NCBI RefSeq assembly: GCF_004376175.1 | Contig: NZ_SNUY01000031.1 | Span: forward strand, 12,844-44,843 | Direction: 5' to 3' | DNA length: 32,000 bases | Source of the DNA: Halalkalibacterium halodurans | GTDB lineage: Bacteria; Bacillota; Bacilli; Bacillales; Bacillaceae_D | Shown: positions 8,847 to 17,864 of the stretch, piece after piece | Layout of the letters: each line of letters opens with the position of its first letter | Position numbering within the stretch: position 1 is the stretch's first letter | Position numbers and translations under genes: made by a program | Notes under the pieces: generated by a model | The model's input: only the letters and a program-made list of their open reading frames with translations | Databases searched by the model: none | Told to the model about the DNA's origin: nothing

Positions 8847-8890
8847 TTGCTATTAGGATGAATAAAACGTCTATTTTTATTCAATAGCAA
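8847..8890. promoter_or_regulatory. AT-rich 44-bp compound palindrome in the divergent YIEGIA / Mo-hydroxylase promoter region
   Basis: TTGCTATT (8847-8854) pairs with AATAGCAA (8883-8890), and TGAATAAAA (8859-8867) pairs with TTTTATTCA (8875-8883). Confidence 0.35.
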
Positions 8891-8986
8891 ATCATCCCCA
8901 AAGTATGCGAATGGGTTTTCGTTAATAAGCAATACTAACAAAATGAACCTTTTTGTTTGGAAAAACTTGTTTTTCAGAGGTGCTTT

Positions 8987-11314
8987 ATGATGAGTCGAAG
9001 TATTGGAAAAAGCATTTATCGTAAAGAGGCAATGGCAAAAGTGACAGGGGCTGCAAAATATACGGCAGACTGGGCGACATCCGAGATGCTACATATCAAG
9101 CTTGTCACAAGCCCTTATGCCCATGCACTCATAAAAGATATTGACTTAACCGAAGCCTATCAAGTACCGGGTGTTCGGCGAATTGTCATCGGACAGCCAT
9201 TTCCTCTTACTGGAGAAGAACTACAAGATCGCCCTCCGATCGCCTATCATAAAGTACGCTACCACGGGGAGCCTGTCGCGGCGGTTGTTGCAGATGATCC
9301 TGTGCAAGCAAAAAAAGCAGCGGAACAGGTTAAGGTTACCTATGAACCCCTTCCCGTTGTGAACTCGGTCACCGATGCGCTTCATCCCAACGCGGTGTTG
9401 GTTCATGACCATGTCGAAACCTATGAACGGATTGAACATGTATATCCTGAAGCAAACAGCAACATAGCAGACCATACAAAAATCCGCAAAGGAAACATAG
9501 AAGAAGGCTGGGCGCAAAGTGATGTGACGGTCAATGCTCACTTTTCGTTTTCACCATCGGACCATATCGCGATGGAAACTCGCTGTGTTACAGCGGAAAT
9601 CTGCCCAGACGGGAAAGTTGTCTTTACCTCATCGACCCAATCACCCTATATCATCAAAAAGTTAATGAAAAAATACTTTGAGATTGATGAAGGGAGCGTG
9701 ATTGTGCACACTCCGTTAGTAGGAGGGGGCTATGGCGGGAAGGTAGCGGTCCAACTTGAACTCATTGCTTATATGGCAACGCTCGCAGTCGGTGGAAGAA
9801 AGGTGAAACTTTTAAATACACGGGAGGAGGATATGATTACATCGCCCGTGCACATCGGGCTCGAAGCAGATATCAAACTAGGAGCATCAAAAGATGGATT
9901 TTTAAAAGCAGCCGAAATCTTGTACAAGTTTGATACAGGGGCCTATTCTGATAAAGGGGCGACGATCAGCCGAGCGGCGGCTGTCACTTGTACAGGCCCA
10001 TATCACATCGAAAACATTTGGTGCGATTCCCTTTGTGTCTATACAAACCATCCGTATGCGACAGCTTACAGAGGATTCAGTCACTCTGAGCTACTATTTG
10101 TTTTCGAGCGAGCGATGGATCAACTCGCACGAAGGCTAGAGATGGACCCGTTAGAATTACGGCTGAAAAATGCCATCTTACCAGGGCATACAACCCCGAC
10201 GCAAATGCGATTAAATCAAAGCACTGTCGGAGACTTGCCGCAGTGTATCAATAAATTGAAAACGTTAATGAATTGGACAGAAGGCCAAGTTATTCCAATT
10301 AATGACCAAAAAATACGGGTGAAAGGCGTAAGCTGTCTTTGGAAAACATCAACAATTGATTCACAGGCAAGCTCCGGTGTTGTCCTAATCTTTAATGCAG
10401 ACGGAAGCATCAACGTCCTATCGGGTCTAGTTGAAATCGGGACAGGGACAAAAACAATCCTAGCTCAATTACTTGCAGAAAAGTTGAGCATGGATGTGGA
10501 TAAGATCCACGCCAAAATGGAAGTAGACACCCAATCGATGCCAGAGCATTGGAAAACCGTGGCAAGTAGAGGGACGTTAATGGCGGGAAGGGCGTTATTA
10601 CATGCTGCAGACGACGTCATTCGTCAATTAAAGGATTTGGCCTCACGGGTTCTCATCTGCTCCCCTGAGGATTTAGAAGTTGGAAATGAGAGGGTGTACG
10701 TTCGTGATGAACCTGACACATTTATTAAAGTCTCCGATATTTGTCATGGCTATAAATACCCGAGTGGTTACGCCATCGGGGCACCGATTGTTGGAAGAGG
10801 TCACTACACATTAAGGCACATCACCCACCTGGAGCATGATACTGGGGTCGGAAAGCCTGGACCTGAATATGCTGTTGGTGCCCAAGGGGTAGAAGTGGAA
10901 TTTGACCTGCGAGACTATACGTATAAAATTTTGAAGGCTTACGCCGTAATCGATATCGGAAGAGTGTTAAATGAAAAGGCGGCAAAAGGGCAAGTAATGG
11001 GGGCGATGAGCATGGGGTTAAACTTTGGTAGCAGTGAGACATTCGTGTTCAATGAGGATGGTCAAGTGTTAAATCCTCGCCTGCGAACCTATACACCGTT
11101 TCGTTATGGTGACCACCCTGAATATATAGTGGATTTTGTCGAGACTCCCCATATTGATGGACCCTATGGTGGGCGTGGCATCGGTGAACACGGCTTAATC
11201 GGCATGCCGGCAGCATTGGCCAACAGTCTGTCACTTGCTGCAGGTGTGGATCTCAATCAGCTGCCATTAACTCCGGAGCTCATTTGGCAAGAGAAAAGGC
11301 GGTCCTCCTCATGA
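8987..11314 (+). CDS. Xanthine dehydrogenase family molybdopterin-binding (large) subunit, apparently intact
   Basis: About 775 aa. Ald_Xan_dh hammerhead N-terminus (GKSIYRKEAMAKVTGAAKYTAD), Moco motif VGGGYGGK and C-terminal GGRGIGEHGLIG. RBS CAGAGGTG precedes ATGATG at 8987. Confidence 0.85.
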   Translation: MMSRSIGKSIYRKEAMAKVTGAAKYTADWATSEMLHIKLVTSPYAHALIKDIDLTEAYQVPGVRRIVIGQPFPLTGEELQDRPPIAYHKVRYHGEPVAAVVADDPVQAKKAAEQVKVTYEPLPVVNSVTDALHPNAVLVHDHVETYERIEHVYPEANSNIADHTKIRKGNIEEGWAQSDVTVNAHFSFSPSDHIAMETRCVTAEICPDGKVVFTSSTQSPYIIKKLMKKYFEIDEGSVIVHTPLVGGGYGGKVAVQLELIAYMATLAVGGRKVKLLNTREEDMITSPVHIGLEADIKLGASKDGFLKAAEILYKFDTGAYSDKGATISRAAAVTCTGPYHIENIWCDSLCVYTNHPYATAYRGFSHSELLFVFERAMDQLARRLEMDPLELRLKNAILPGHTTPTQMRLNQSTVGDLPQCINKLKTLMNWTEGQVIPINDQKIRVKGVSCLWKTSTIDSQASSGVVLIFNADGSINVLSGLVEIGTGTKTILAQLLAEKLSMDVDKIHAKMEVDTQSMPEHWKTVASRGTLMAGRALLHAADDVIRQLKDLASRVLICSPEDLEVGNERVYVRDEPDTFIKVSDICHGYKYPSGYAIGAPIVGRGHYTLRHITHLEHDTGVGKPGPEYAVGAQGVEVEFDLRDYTYKILKAYAVIDIGRVLNEKAAKGQVMGAMSMGLNFGSSETFVFNEDGQVLNPRLRTYTPFRYGDHPEYIVDFVETPHIDGPYGGRGIGEHGLIGMPAALANSLSLAAGVDLNQLPLTPELIWQEKRRSSS

Positions 11315-11719
11315 TTTCGTTTGAATTTGAATATTACAAACCAGCCTCCGTCATAGAAGCGACAACATTATTTCAATCGTTGGATCAAGCGGGGAAAGAC
11401 CCGATGTATGTTTCGGGCGCTACCGAACTCATTACGCTAGGGCGAGTCAACCAACTAAAATCAGGTGCCATCATTGATCTGAAAGGAATTTCCGCATGCG
11501 TTTAGCGGGCTTTGCGCTTTTCCGTTTCGAGATCAAACCATGGAGCAATGGTTAAATGATCATCAATTATCTACAGAACAACGGATTGAAAAATCGATTG
11601 AGCAAGTGCCGGCGCCGATTGTAAATGACGTGCATGGATCATCCGAGTACCGAACGTTTGTCCTAAAAAACACATTGACTGATGTACTGAATGAGTTGGA
11701 GGGCGAAGGTCATGTATAA
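11311..11719 (+). pseudogene. FAD-binding (medium) subunit remnant with an internal deletion
   Basis: ATG 11311 overlaps the large-subunit stop (ATGA). The first 60 aa, MISFEFEYYKPASVIEATTLF...GATELITLG...IIDLKGI, are a normal FAD_binding_5 N-terminus. TAG follows at 11503. A different frame (open from 11483) then encodes only the family C-terminus ...GLCAFPFRDQTMEQWL...DVHGSSEYRTFVLKNTLTDVLNEL*, ending at 11719. About 135 codons remain of an expected ~280. Confidence 0.7.
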
Positions 11720-12184
11720 AACAGAAATCACATTAGACGTAAACAACGAACAGCGAACGGTTTATGTGAGAAATGCCGATCTATTGTTAGATGTATTGCG
11801 TGAGCCATTAGGGTTAACAGGAGCGAAGCCAGGTTGCTTAAATGGAGATTGCGGCACATGTACCATCGAGGTGGATGGGGAAACAATGAAAGCGTGCTTA
11901 ATGCTAGCCGTAGAGGCTGTCGGAAAAAAATCACAACGATTGAAGGCTTAAAAGGTACGCTAGTGCAAGGAGCGTTCATTGAGAAGTTCGCCTTCCAATG
12001 CGGGTACTGTACACCGGGGTTTATTATCAATTGCCATACACTCTTGCAAAAATACCCGACGGCAGACGATACCGTCATCAAGGATTGGTTAGAATCGAAC
12101 ATATGTCGTTGCACAGGTTACCAAGAAATTGAGGAGGCAGTAAAAGCGGTCCAAGATCAATTAAAAAATGGCTCTCGAGAATAA
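11712..12184 (+). pseudogene. (2Fe-2S)-binding small subunit, split by a frameshift in an A7 run
   Basis: RBS GGAGGG lies 8 nt before ATG 11712. Frame 0 gives MYKTEITL...GCLNGDCGTCTIEVDG...AVGKK, then a stop at 11949-11951. The -1 frame continues KKITTIEGL...FQCGYCTPGF...CRCTGYQEI to 12184. One extra A in the run 11924-11930 would restore a 157-aa protein. Confidence 0.75.
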
Positions 12185-12259
12185 AGGGTATGCATGACTA
12201 CGGAAGGTTACATACTAACGATGAAACAGCAACAATCATCATGAGGAGGTCGATCAAAC

Positions 12260-12535
12260 ATGCAACAAAACCAGCAAGCCCAACAAGCGGCACAACAAGC
12301 AGAACAAGCGATTCAACAGGCGCAACAAGCCATCCAGCAAGCAACACAACAAGCAAATCCTCAAGCGATTCAGCAAGCACAGCAACAGTTAAACCAAGCC
12401 GCTCAGCTCGTACAGCAAGCGCAAACAAGCGCACAACCTGCCCAACAGCAACAATTTCAGCAGGTTCAGCAACTGTTACAACAGGCGACACAACAGCTAA
12501 CCCAAGCGCAACAACAGCAACAAAGCCAACAATAA
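12260..12535 (+). CDS. Gln/Ala-rich low-complexity protein (91 aa), function unknown
   Basis: AGGAGG (12244-12249) lies 10 nt before ATG 12260, and a terminator sits directly downstream. Product is MQQNQQAQQAAQQAEQAIQQAQQAIQQATQQ...QQQQSQQ. This frame was chosen over two other open frames because of the RBS. Confidence 0.55.
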   Translation: MQQNQQAQQAAQQAEQAIQQAQQAIQQATQQANPQAIQQAQQQLNQAAQLVQQAQTSAQPAQQQQFQQVQQLLQQATQQLTQAQQQQQSQQ

Positions 12536-12548
12536 CGTTTGTTTGACA

Positions 12549-12582
12549 AGAAAGGGACCATTCACTGGCCCTTTCTTTTTTT
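12549..12582 (+). terminator. Rho-independent terminator after the Gln-rich ORF
   Basis: AGAAAGGG (12549-12556) pairs with CCCTTTCT (12569-12576). Inner CCA/TGG pairs, then T6. Confidence 0.7.
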
Positions 12583-12901
12583 AACCTGTTTAACTAGGCT
12601 AAAGAACCTCTTTCCCCACAGACTACATACACCACGTTCAGTGGGAAGGAAAAGAGACCTCTTACTGAATGAAATTTTACTTTGAGATGTAAGTCAAGAA
12701 TGAAATAATGATCATTGCGAGAGTGATTGAAAAGCTATTGCAATACAGGTCAAACAGGTCTTAATCAGGAAAGACGTCCTCTTTTTTACAATTTTATCGT
12801 ATAGAACCTTAAGTCAGCGACAAACTAAGGTTGTCATAAAAATTTCCAGTACGATATGTACATCATTTCATGTACGTAAAAACAGATTGGAGGAAAGCGG
12901 A

Positions 12902-15037
12902 GTGGACAAAGACCAACAAGGAACCGAATCATCTGAAAATAAGAAGAATGAACAGCTAGAACCATTCAAGGTGGATCACAAAAACACGAAGCTCACAACG
13001 AATCAAGGGGTGAGGGTATCTGACACGGACGATTCCCTTAAAGCAGGGGATCGAGGCCCTACCTTAATGGAAGACTTCCATTTTAGGGAAAAAATGACTC
13101 ATTTTGATCATGAACGGATTCCTGAGCGTGTCGTTCATGCGCGAGGTTTCGGTGCCCACGGCTACTTTCAAGTGTATGAGCCAATGACCGAATATACGAA
13201 AGCATCATTTTTACAGGACCCTAATGTAAAGACACCGGTGTTTGTCCGTTTTTCTACAGTGGTCGGTTCGCGCGGGTCAGCCGATACGGTTCGTGACGTA
13301 AGGGGATTTGCGACGAAGTTTTACACAGAGGACGGAAACTATGACCTAGTAGCAAACAACATCCCGATCTTTTTTATTCAGGACGCTATTAAGTTCCCAG
13401 ATGTGGTTCACGCCTTAAAACCTGAACCGCACAATGAAATCCCGCAAGCTTCTGCAGCACACGACACGTTCTGGGATTTTGTCGTTAGCAACACAGAAAC
13501 CGCTCATATGATTATGTGGCTCCTTTCAGACAGAGCAATCCCGCGCAGCTTTCGAATGATGGAAGGGTTTGGCGTCAACACGTTCCGGTTCGTGAACGAC
13601 CAAGGGAAGGCCCGATTCGTAAAATTCCATTGGAAGCCGAAGCTCGGAGTTCATTCGCTCGTTTGGGATGAAGCGCAAAAGCTTGCCGGGAAAGATCCTG
13701 ACTTCCATCGTCGCGATTTGTGGGAAGCGATTAACATGGGAGAATACCCTGAATACGAGTTAGGCGTGCAAATGATTGAGGAAGAAGATGAGTTTTCGTT
13801 TGATTTCGATATCCTTGATCCGACGAAGTTTTGGCCAGAGGAAATGGTTCCGGTAAAGCTTATCGGGAAAATGACATTGAATCGAAATCAGGACAATTTC
13901 TTCGCCGAAACCGAACAAGTCGCATTTCATGCAGGGAATGTCGTCCCAGGGATTGATTTCAGCAATGACCCGCTCTTACAAGGTCGGCTTTTCTCTTATC
14001 TTGACACCCAACTGCTTCGCTTAAGTGGTCCGAACTTTCACGAAATCCCGATCAATCGACCAATTGCCCCTGTCAACAACAACCAGCGAGATGGATTCCA
14101 TCGGATGACGATTGACAAGGGGGCTGTTAGCTACTCGCCAAATACGCTTCGCAATAACTCGCCTGAACCAGCATCGGATCAAGAACACGGATACGTTCAT
14201 TATATGGAAAAGGTCGAAGGACAAAAAATTCGCAGGCGCAGTGAGAGCTTTAACGATCATTTCAGCCAAGCCACTTTGTTTTGGAACAGTTTGTCGACAG
14301 CGGAAAAACAACACCTGATCAAGGCGTTCCATTTTGAAGTCGGAAGTGTAAAGGATAAAAACCTCAAACAACGTGTTGTTGAGATGTTTAATCAAGTCGA
14401 TGGAAAGTTAGCGGCAGAGATCGCGAAAGGAATCGGTGTCAACCCTCCGACCACACCTGGGGGAACGGGAGTAACAGCGTCATCTCCAGCCGTCAGTCAA
14501 GAAAATACGATCAAACTGGCAAGAACGCGAAAAGTGGCCGTTCTAATTGATCATGGCTTTGCTTTCGACGAGGTGTCACAAGTAGTCACTGCGCTACAAT
14601 CCGCTGGTCTCGGAGTAGATCTCGTGAGTAAGCAGTTAGGGATGATTTCCAGCGATGAAGGGGAGCAACTAGAAGCAAACAAAAGCTTCGCCACTACCGG
14701 TGCCATCATGTACGACGCACTTTACATCGGCGGTGGTGCCCAATCCATTAGTAGCCTCAATTTGTACAGTGAATCGAAAACCTTTGTTGATGAAGCATTT
14801 AAACATGCGAAAACAATCGGAGCTACAAATGAAGGCATTGAACTACTAATAGCTGCACAAGTTCAAGGAATTACATTCGCAGGTCCTGATTCGAACGGTC
14901 ATGTTGTGAACGACCTAGGGATCATTACGATTCAAACAGATAAAGATTTTAAGCCATTTAGCGATGAAATGATCCATGCCATTGCCCAGCACCGCCATTG
15001 GATGCGGGAATTTAAGGATGGCAAATTGTCCGGTTAA
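12902..15037 (+). CDS. katE: Large-subunit (HPII-type) catalase with C-terminal DJ-1/PfpI-like domain
   Basis: RVVHARGFGAHGYFQ (distal His), GRLFSYLDTQLLRLSGPNF (proximal Tyr), and a ~150 aa C-terminal extension. GGAGG at 12889-12893 favours GTG 12902 over the track TTG 12887. Confidence 0.9.
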   Translation: MDKDQQGTESSENKKNEQLEPFKVDHKNTKLTTNQGVRVSDTDDSLKAGDRGPTLMEDFHFREKMTHFDHERIPERVVHARGFGAHGYFQVYEPMTEYTKASFLQDPNVKTPVFVRFSTVVGSRGSADTVRDVRGFATKFYTEDGNYDLVANNIPIFFIQDAIKFPDVVHALKPEPHNEIPQASAAHDTFWDFVVSNTETAHMIMWLLSDRAIPRSFRMMEGFGVNTFRFVNDQGKARFVKFHWKPKLGVHSLVWDEAQKLAGKDPDFHRRDLWEAINMGEYPEYELGVQMIEEEDEFSFDFDILDPTKFWPEEMVPVKLIGKMTLNRNQDNFFAETEQVAFHAGNVVPGIDFSNDPLLQGRLFSYLDTQLLRLSGPNFHEIPINRPIAPVNNNQRDGFHRMTIDKGAVSYSPNTLRNNSPEPASDQEHGYVHYMEKVEGQKIRRRSESFNDHFSQATLFWNSLSTAEKQHLIKAFHFEVGSVKDKNLKQRVVEMFNQVDGKLAAEIAKGIGVNPPTTPGGTGVTASSPAVSQENTIKLARTRKVAVLIDHGFAFDEVSQVVTALQSAGLGVDLVSKQLGMISSDEGEQLEANKSFATTGAIMYDALYIGGGAQSISSLNLYSESKTFVDEAFKHAKTIGATNEGIELLIAAQVQGITFAGPDSNGHVVNDLGIITIQTDKDFKPFSDEMIHAIAQHRHWMREFKDGKLSG

Positions 15038-15048
15038 GCGGTAAGACG

Positions 15049-15080
15049 AACGCCCCTTTCATTAAGTTGCGAGGGGTGTT
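15049..15080 (+). terminator. Stem-loop after katE
   Basis: AACGCCCCT (15049-15057) pairs with AGGGGTGTT (15072-15080), including one G-U pair. The T-tract is poor. Confidence 0.45.
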
Positions 15081-15118
15081 TACATTTAACAAAAAAACGT
15101 AAATCATCTAAATTTTTG

Positions 15119-15148
15119 TTGACACCTCTAACTTAAAGCGCTTACAAT
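15119..15148 (+). promoter_or_regulatory. SigA-type promoter of the hut operon
   Basis: TTGACA (15119-15124), 18-nt spacer, TACAAT (15143-15148), about 35 nt upstream of hutP. Confidence 0.6.
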
Positions 15149-15183
15149 AAAAGCAGTTATTAGTTATTAGAGGTGGAACCTTC

Positions 15184-15627
15184 TTGTCCAAACATAAAAG
15201 TCATCGCATCGGTCAGCTCGCGATTTTACTAGCGGTCAGTGAAGAACCTGGCATTGTTGAAGCGAGCATTCTGTCATCAGACTATCAATCTTGTATCGGT
15301 CGAGTTGGGTCCATGGAGTCAAATAAGATTGTTGCTGCGATTGAGACGGCAGCGAAGAAAAATGGATTCATCCGTGAAGGGGTTTACCGAGAAGCCCATG
15401 CCTTGTACCACGCAATTATCGAAGCATTGCACGGAGTCACAAGGGGGCAAGTCCAATTAGGTTCATTTCAGCGAACGGTTGGATTACGGTTCGCCATTGT
15501 CCGCGGCAAGCCTTACAAGGAGGAAGCCGAAGGAGAGTGGATCGCGGTTGCCCTTTATGGAACAATCGGTGCTCCGATCAAAGGTCAAGAGCATGAAACA
15601 ATTGGATTAGGCATCAACCATATTTAA
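15184..15627 (+). CDS. hutP: Hut operon positive regulator HutP (RNA-binding antiterminator)
   Basis: 147 aa, colinear with HutP (...[21 protein letters not shown]...[20 protein letters not shown]...[23 protein letters not shown]). TTG start after AGAGGTGGAA. Confidence 0.9.
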   Translation: MSKHKSHRIGQLAILLAVSEEPGIVEASILSSDYQSCIGRVGSMESNKIVAAIETAAKKNGFIREGVYREAHALYHAIIEALHGVTRGQVQLGSFQRTVGLRFAIVRGKPYKEEAEGEWIAVALYGTIGAPIKGQEHETIGLGINHI

Positions 15628-15635
15628 TTTGCCCA

Positions 15636-15700
15636 GAGTGATTAGACATGAGGGGGCTATATCTAAGGATCTTGATGATTCTTTGGTATAGCCCCTTTTT
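15636..15700 (+). promoter_or_regulatory. HutP-responsive terminator/antiterminator between hutP and hutH
   Basis: Three NAG triplets with 4-nt spacers, GAG-tgat-TAG-acat-GAG (15636-15652), abut the 5' arm of a hairpin. The hairpin is GGGGCTATA (15652-15660) paired with TATAGCCCC (15687-15695), followed by T5. Confidence 0.65.
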
Positions 15701-15739
15701 GTGTCTAAACAAGGGCATAAGTGGAGGAAGGTGACGAAC

Positions 15740-17266
15740 TTGAAGTTGTTAGATGGACGCTCCTTATCCCTTCATGATTTGCATCGAATCATTTATGAAG
15801 GTGAGACGGTAGGAGCTTCAGATGAAAGTATGGAGAAGGTAAAACAGAGTCGAAAAGCAGTTGAACAAATCGTCGCAGACGAAAAAATTATTTATGGGAT
15901 TACGACCGGGTTTGGGAAGTTTAGCGATATTTTCATCGATCCAGACGATGTGGAGAATTTGCAGCACAACTTGATCTATTCTCATGCTTGCGGTGTAGGG
16001 CCCCCGTTCCCAGAAACAGTAAGCCGAACCATGCTCGTTCTTCGGGCCAATGCCCTACTAAAAGGATTTTCTGGCGTAAGGCCCCTTGTGATTGAACGAC
16101 TTCTCGCCCTTGTGAATGCAAATATTCATCCCGTTATTCCCCAGCAAGGGTCACTTGGAGCGAGCGGTGATTTAGCCCCGTTGTCTCACTTAGCCCTCGT
16201 ACTCCTAGGAGAAGGAGAAGTGTTTTACAAAGGCACGAAAACGAAGGCAAGCTTCGCCTTAAAGGAAGAAGAGATTGAGCCGATTACGTTAACTGCAAAA
16301 GAGGGGCTCGCCTTGATCAATGGGACACAAGCGATGACAGCAATGGGGGTGATTGCTTATTTGGAAGCGGAGAAGCTGGCCTTTCAATCGGAAATCATCG
16401 CCTCTTTAACAATGGAAGGATTACGTGGCATCATCGACGCCTTTGATGAACAAATTCATTTCGCTCGCGGCTATATCGAGCAAGTCGACGTCGCTCGAAG
16501 GATGGAGTCCTATCTTCAAGACAGTCAATTAACGACTAGGCAAGGAGAGCTCCAAGTCCAGGATGCGTACTCGCTGCGTTGCATCCCCCAAGTCCATGGT
16601 GCCACGTGGCAAACGTTGCGCTATGTGAAGGAAAAGCTAGAAATTGAGATGAATGCAGCGACCGACAATCCATTAATCTTTGATAATGGTCAAAAAGTGA
16701 TCTCTGGCGGAAATTTTCATGGGCAGCCAATTGCCTTGGCCATGGACTTTTTAGGAATCGCCATGGCTGAGCTTGCCAATATTTCCGAGCGCCGTATCGA
16801 GCGTTTAGTGAACCCTCAATTAAATGACTTGCCGCCATTTTTAAGTGCGGCACCTGGCGTTCAGTCAGGGGTCATGATCTTGCAATATTGTGCGGCTTCA
16901 CTTGTCTCTGAAAACAAGACGTTAGCCCATCCAGCAAGCGTCGATTCGATCCCATCCTCTGCTAATCAAGAAGACCATGTCAGCATGGGGACGATCGGAT
17001 CTCGTCACGCTTATCAAATCATCCAAAATGTCCGTAACGTTCTTGCGATTGAATTGATTTGTGCCATGCAGGCGGTTGACATTCGCGGCCGGGAAAAGAT
17101 GGCTAGTTTCACGAAAAACATACTAGAAAAAGGAAGAGAGCATGTTCCTTATATTGATCAGGATCGAATGTTTGCCAAAGATATTGAACGCGCTGCTAAA
17201 TGGCTGAAGGATGGCAGTTGGGATTTCACAAAAATGCGTGAAAAGGAAAGGACCAATCACTACTAA
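15740..17266 (+). CDS. hutH: Histidine ammonia-lyase
   Basis: MIO triad in [15 protein letters not shown], and TGFGKFSD near the N-terminus. Alignment from memory to B. subtilis HutH (MVTLDGSSL) favours TTG 15740 ([10 protein letters not shown]). The track start 15701 lies inside the terminator. Confidence 0.9.
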   Translation: MKLLDGRSLSLHDLHRIIYEGETVGASDESMEKVKQSRKAVEQIVADEKIIYGITTGFGKFSDIFIDPDDVENLQHNLIYSHACGVGPPFPETVSRTMLVLRANALLKGFSGVRPLVIERLLALVNANIHPVIPQQGSLGASGDLAPLSHLALVLLGEGEVFYKGTKTKASFALKEEEIEPITLTAKEGLALINGTQAMTAMGVIAYLEAEKLAFQSEIIASLTMEGLRGIIDAFDEQIHFARGYIEQVDVARRMESYLQDSQLTTRQGELQVQDAYSLRCIPQVHGATWQTLRYVKEKLEIEMNAATDNPLIFDNGQKVISGGNFHGQPIALAMDFLGIAMAELANISERRIERLVNPQLNDLPPFLSAAPGVQSGVMILQYCAASLVSENKTLAHPASVDSIPSSANQEDHVSMGTIGSRHAYQIIQNVRNVLAIELICAMQAVDIRGREKMASFTKNILEKGREHVPYIDQDRMFAKDIERAAKWLKDGSWDFTKMREKERTNHY

Positions 17267-17280
17267 AAGGGAGGCTTTGA

Positions 17281-17864
17281 TGATGGTAAAGGAAACAAAA
17301 CGTATGATCCAAGCAAAGAAAGGTATAGAGCTAGAATGCAAAGGCTGGGAACAAGAAGCGGTGTTACGGATGCTGTACAACAATTTGGACCCTGAAGTAG
17401 CGGAAAAACCTGACGAGTTAATTGTTTATGGTGGGATTGGAAAAGCCGCTCGCAACTGGGCTGCCTTCGAAGCGATCGTCGAGCAGCTACGAACGTTAGA
17501 GAAGGATGAGACCCTTTTGATTCAATCTGGTAAACCAGTTGGGCGGTTCAAAACCCATGAGCAGGCGCCGCGCGTCTTGTTATCAAATTCTGTTCTAGTG
17601 CCAAAGTGGGCCCATTGGGAGCATTTCAATGAGCTTGAGAAACAAGGGCTTATGATGTACGGACAAATGACGGCAGGAAGCTGGATCTATATCGGGTCGC
17701 AAGGGATATTACAAGGGACGTATGAGACGTTTGCTGAACTGGCGAGACAACACTTCGGGGGAAGTTTAAAAGGAACGCTCACGTTAACAGCAGGACTTGG
17801 AGGCATGGGTGGGGCTCAGCCGCTTGCTGTTACGATGAATGGAGGCGTCGGTAAAAAGGTATGA
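17281..17864 (+). pseudogene. hutU: Urocanate hydratase, N-terminal ~190 of ~555 codons only
   Basis: RBS GGGAGG then ATGATG at 17281. The sequence follows HutU up to ...[18 protein letters not shown], diverges at about 17850, and stops 4 codons later (GKKV*). No hutI or hutG lies downstream. Confidence 0.8.

Noticed and set aside
8957-8986. TTG 8957 start for the Mo subunit, and a TGGAAAAACTTGT sigma-54-like string
   Set aside because: The RBS CAGAGGTG sits after 8957 and serves ATG 8987. The GG-to-TTG spacing is 2 nt shorter than the -24/-12 consensus and lacks the GC of -12.
9171-11234. Seven 60-106 aa ORFs on both strands inside the Mo-subunit gene
   Set aside because: They are nested within a well-supported 775-aa conserved CDS, and none has an RBS or a recognisable motif.
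11691-11711. Track start ATG 11691 (MSWRAKV...) for the Fe-S subunit
   Set aside because: The GGAGGG RBS lies inside this extension. ATG 11712 gives the canonical MYK...ITL N-terminus and overlaps the upstream stop.
12262-12532. Repetitive DNA that might be mistaken for a CRISPR array or VNTR array
   Set aside because: The repeats are degenerate 6-9 nt codon-level units without spacers of unique sequence. There is no CRISPR-like repeat-spacer periodicity anywhere in the window.
12190-12546. Ser/Thr-rich ORF (+) and ORF 12198..12491 (-) over the Gln-rich gene
   Set aside because: The low-complexity CAA/GCA repeats keep all frames open. Only the Gln frame has a well-spaced AGGAGG. This is kept as an alternative in the finding.
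15239-15460. ORF 15239..15460 (+) inside hutP
   Set aside because: It is an alternative frame of a confidently identified gene.
15701-15739. GTG 15701 as the hutH start
   Set aside because: It would place the first 13 codons inside the terminator T-tract and leader. Homology to HutH begins at MKLLDG (TTG 15740).
17123-17383. ORF 17123..17383 (-) and the 17211 upstream extension of hutU
   Set aside because: Both overlap the hutH 3' end. hutU homology and its GGGAGG RBS define ATG 17281.
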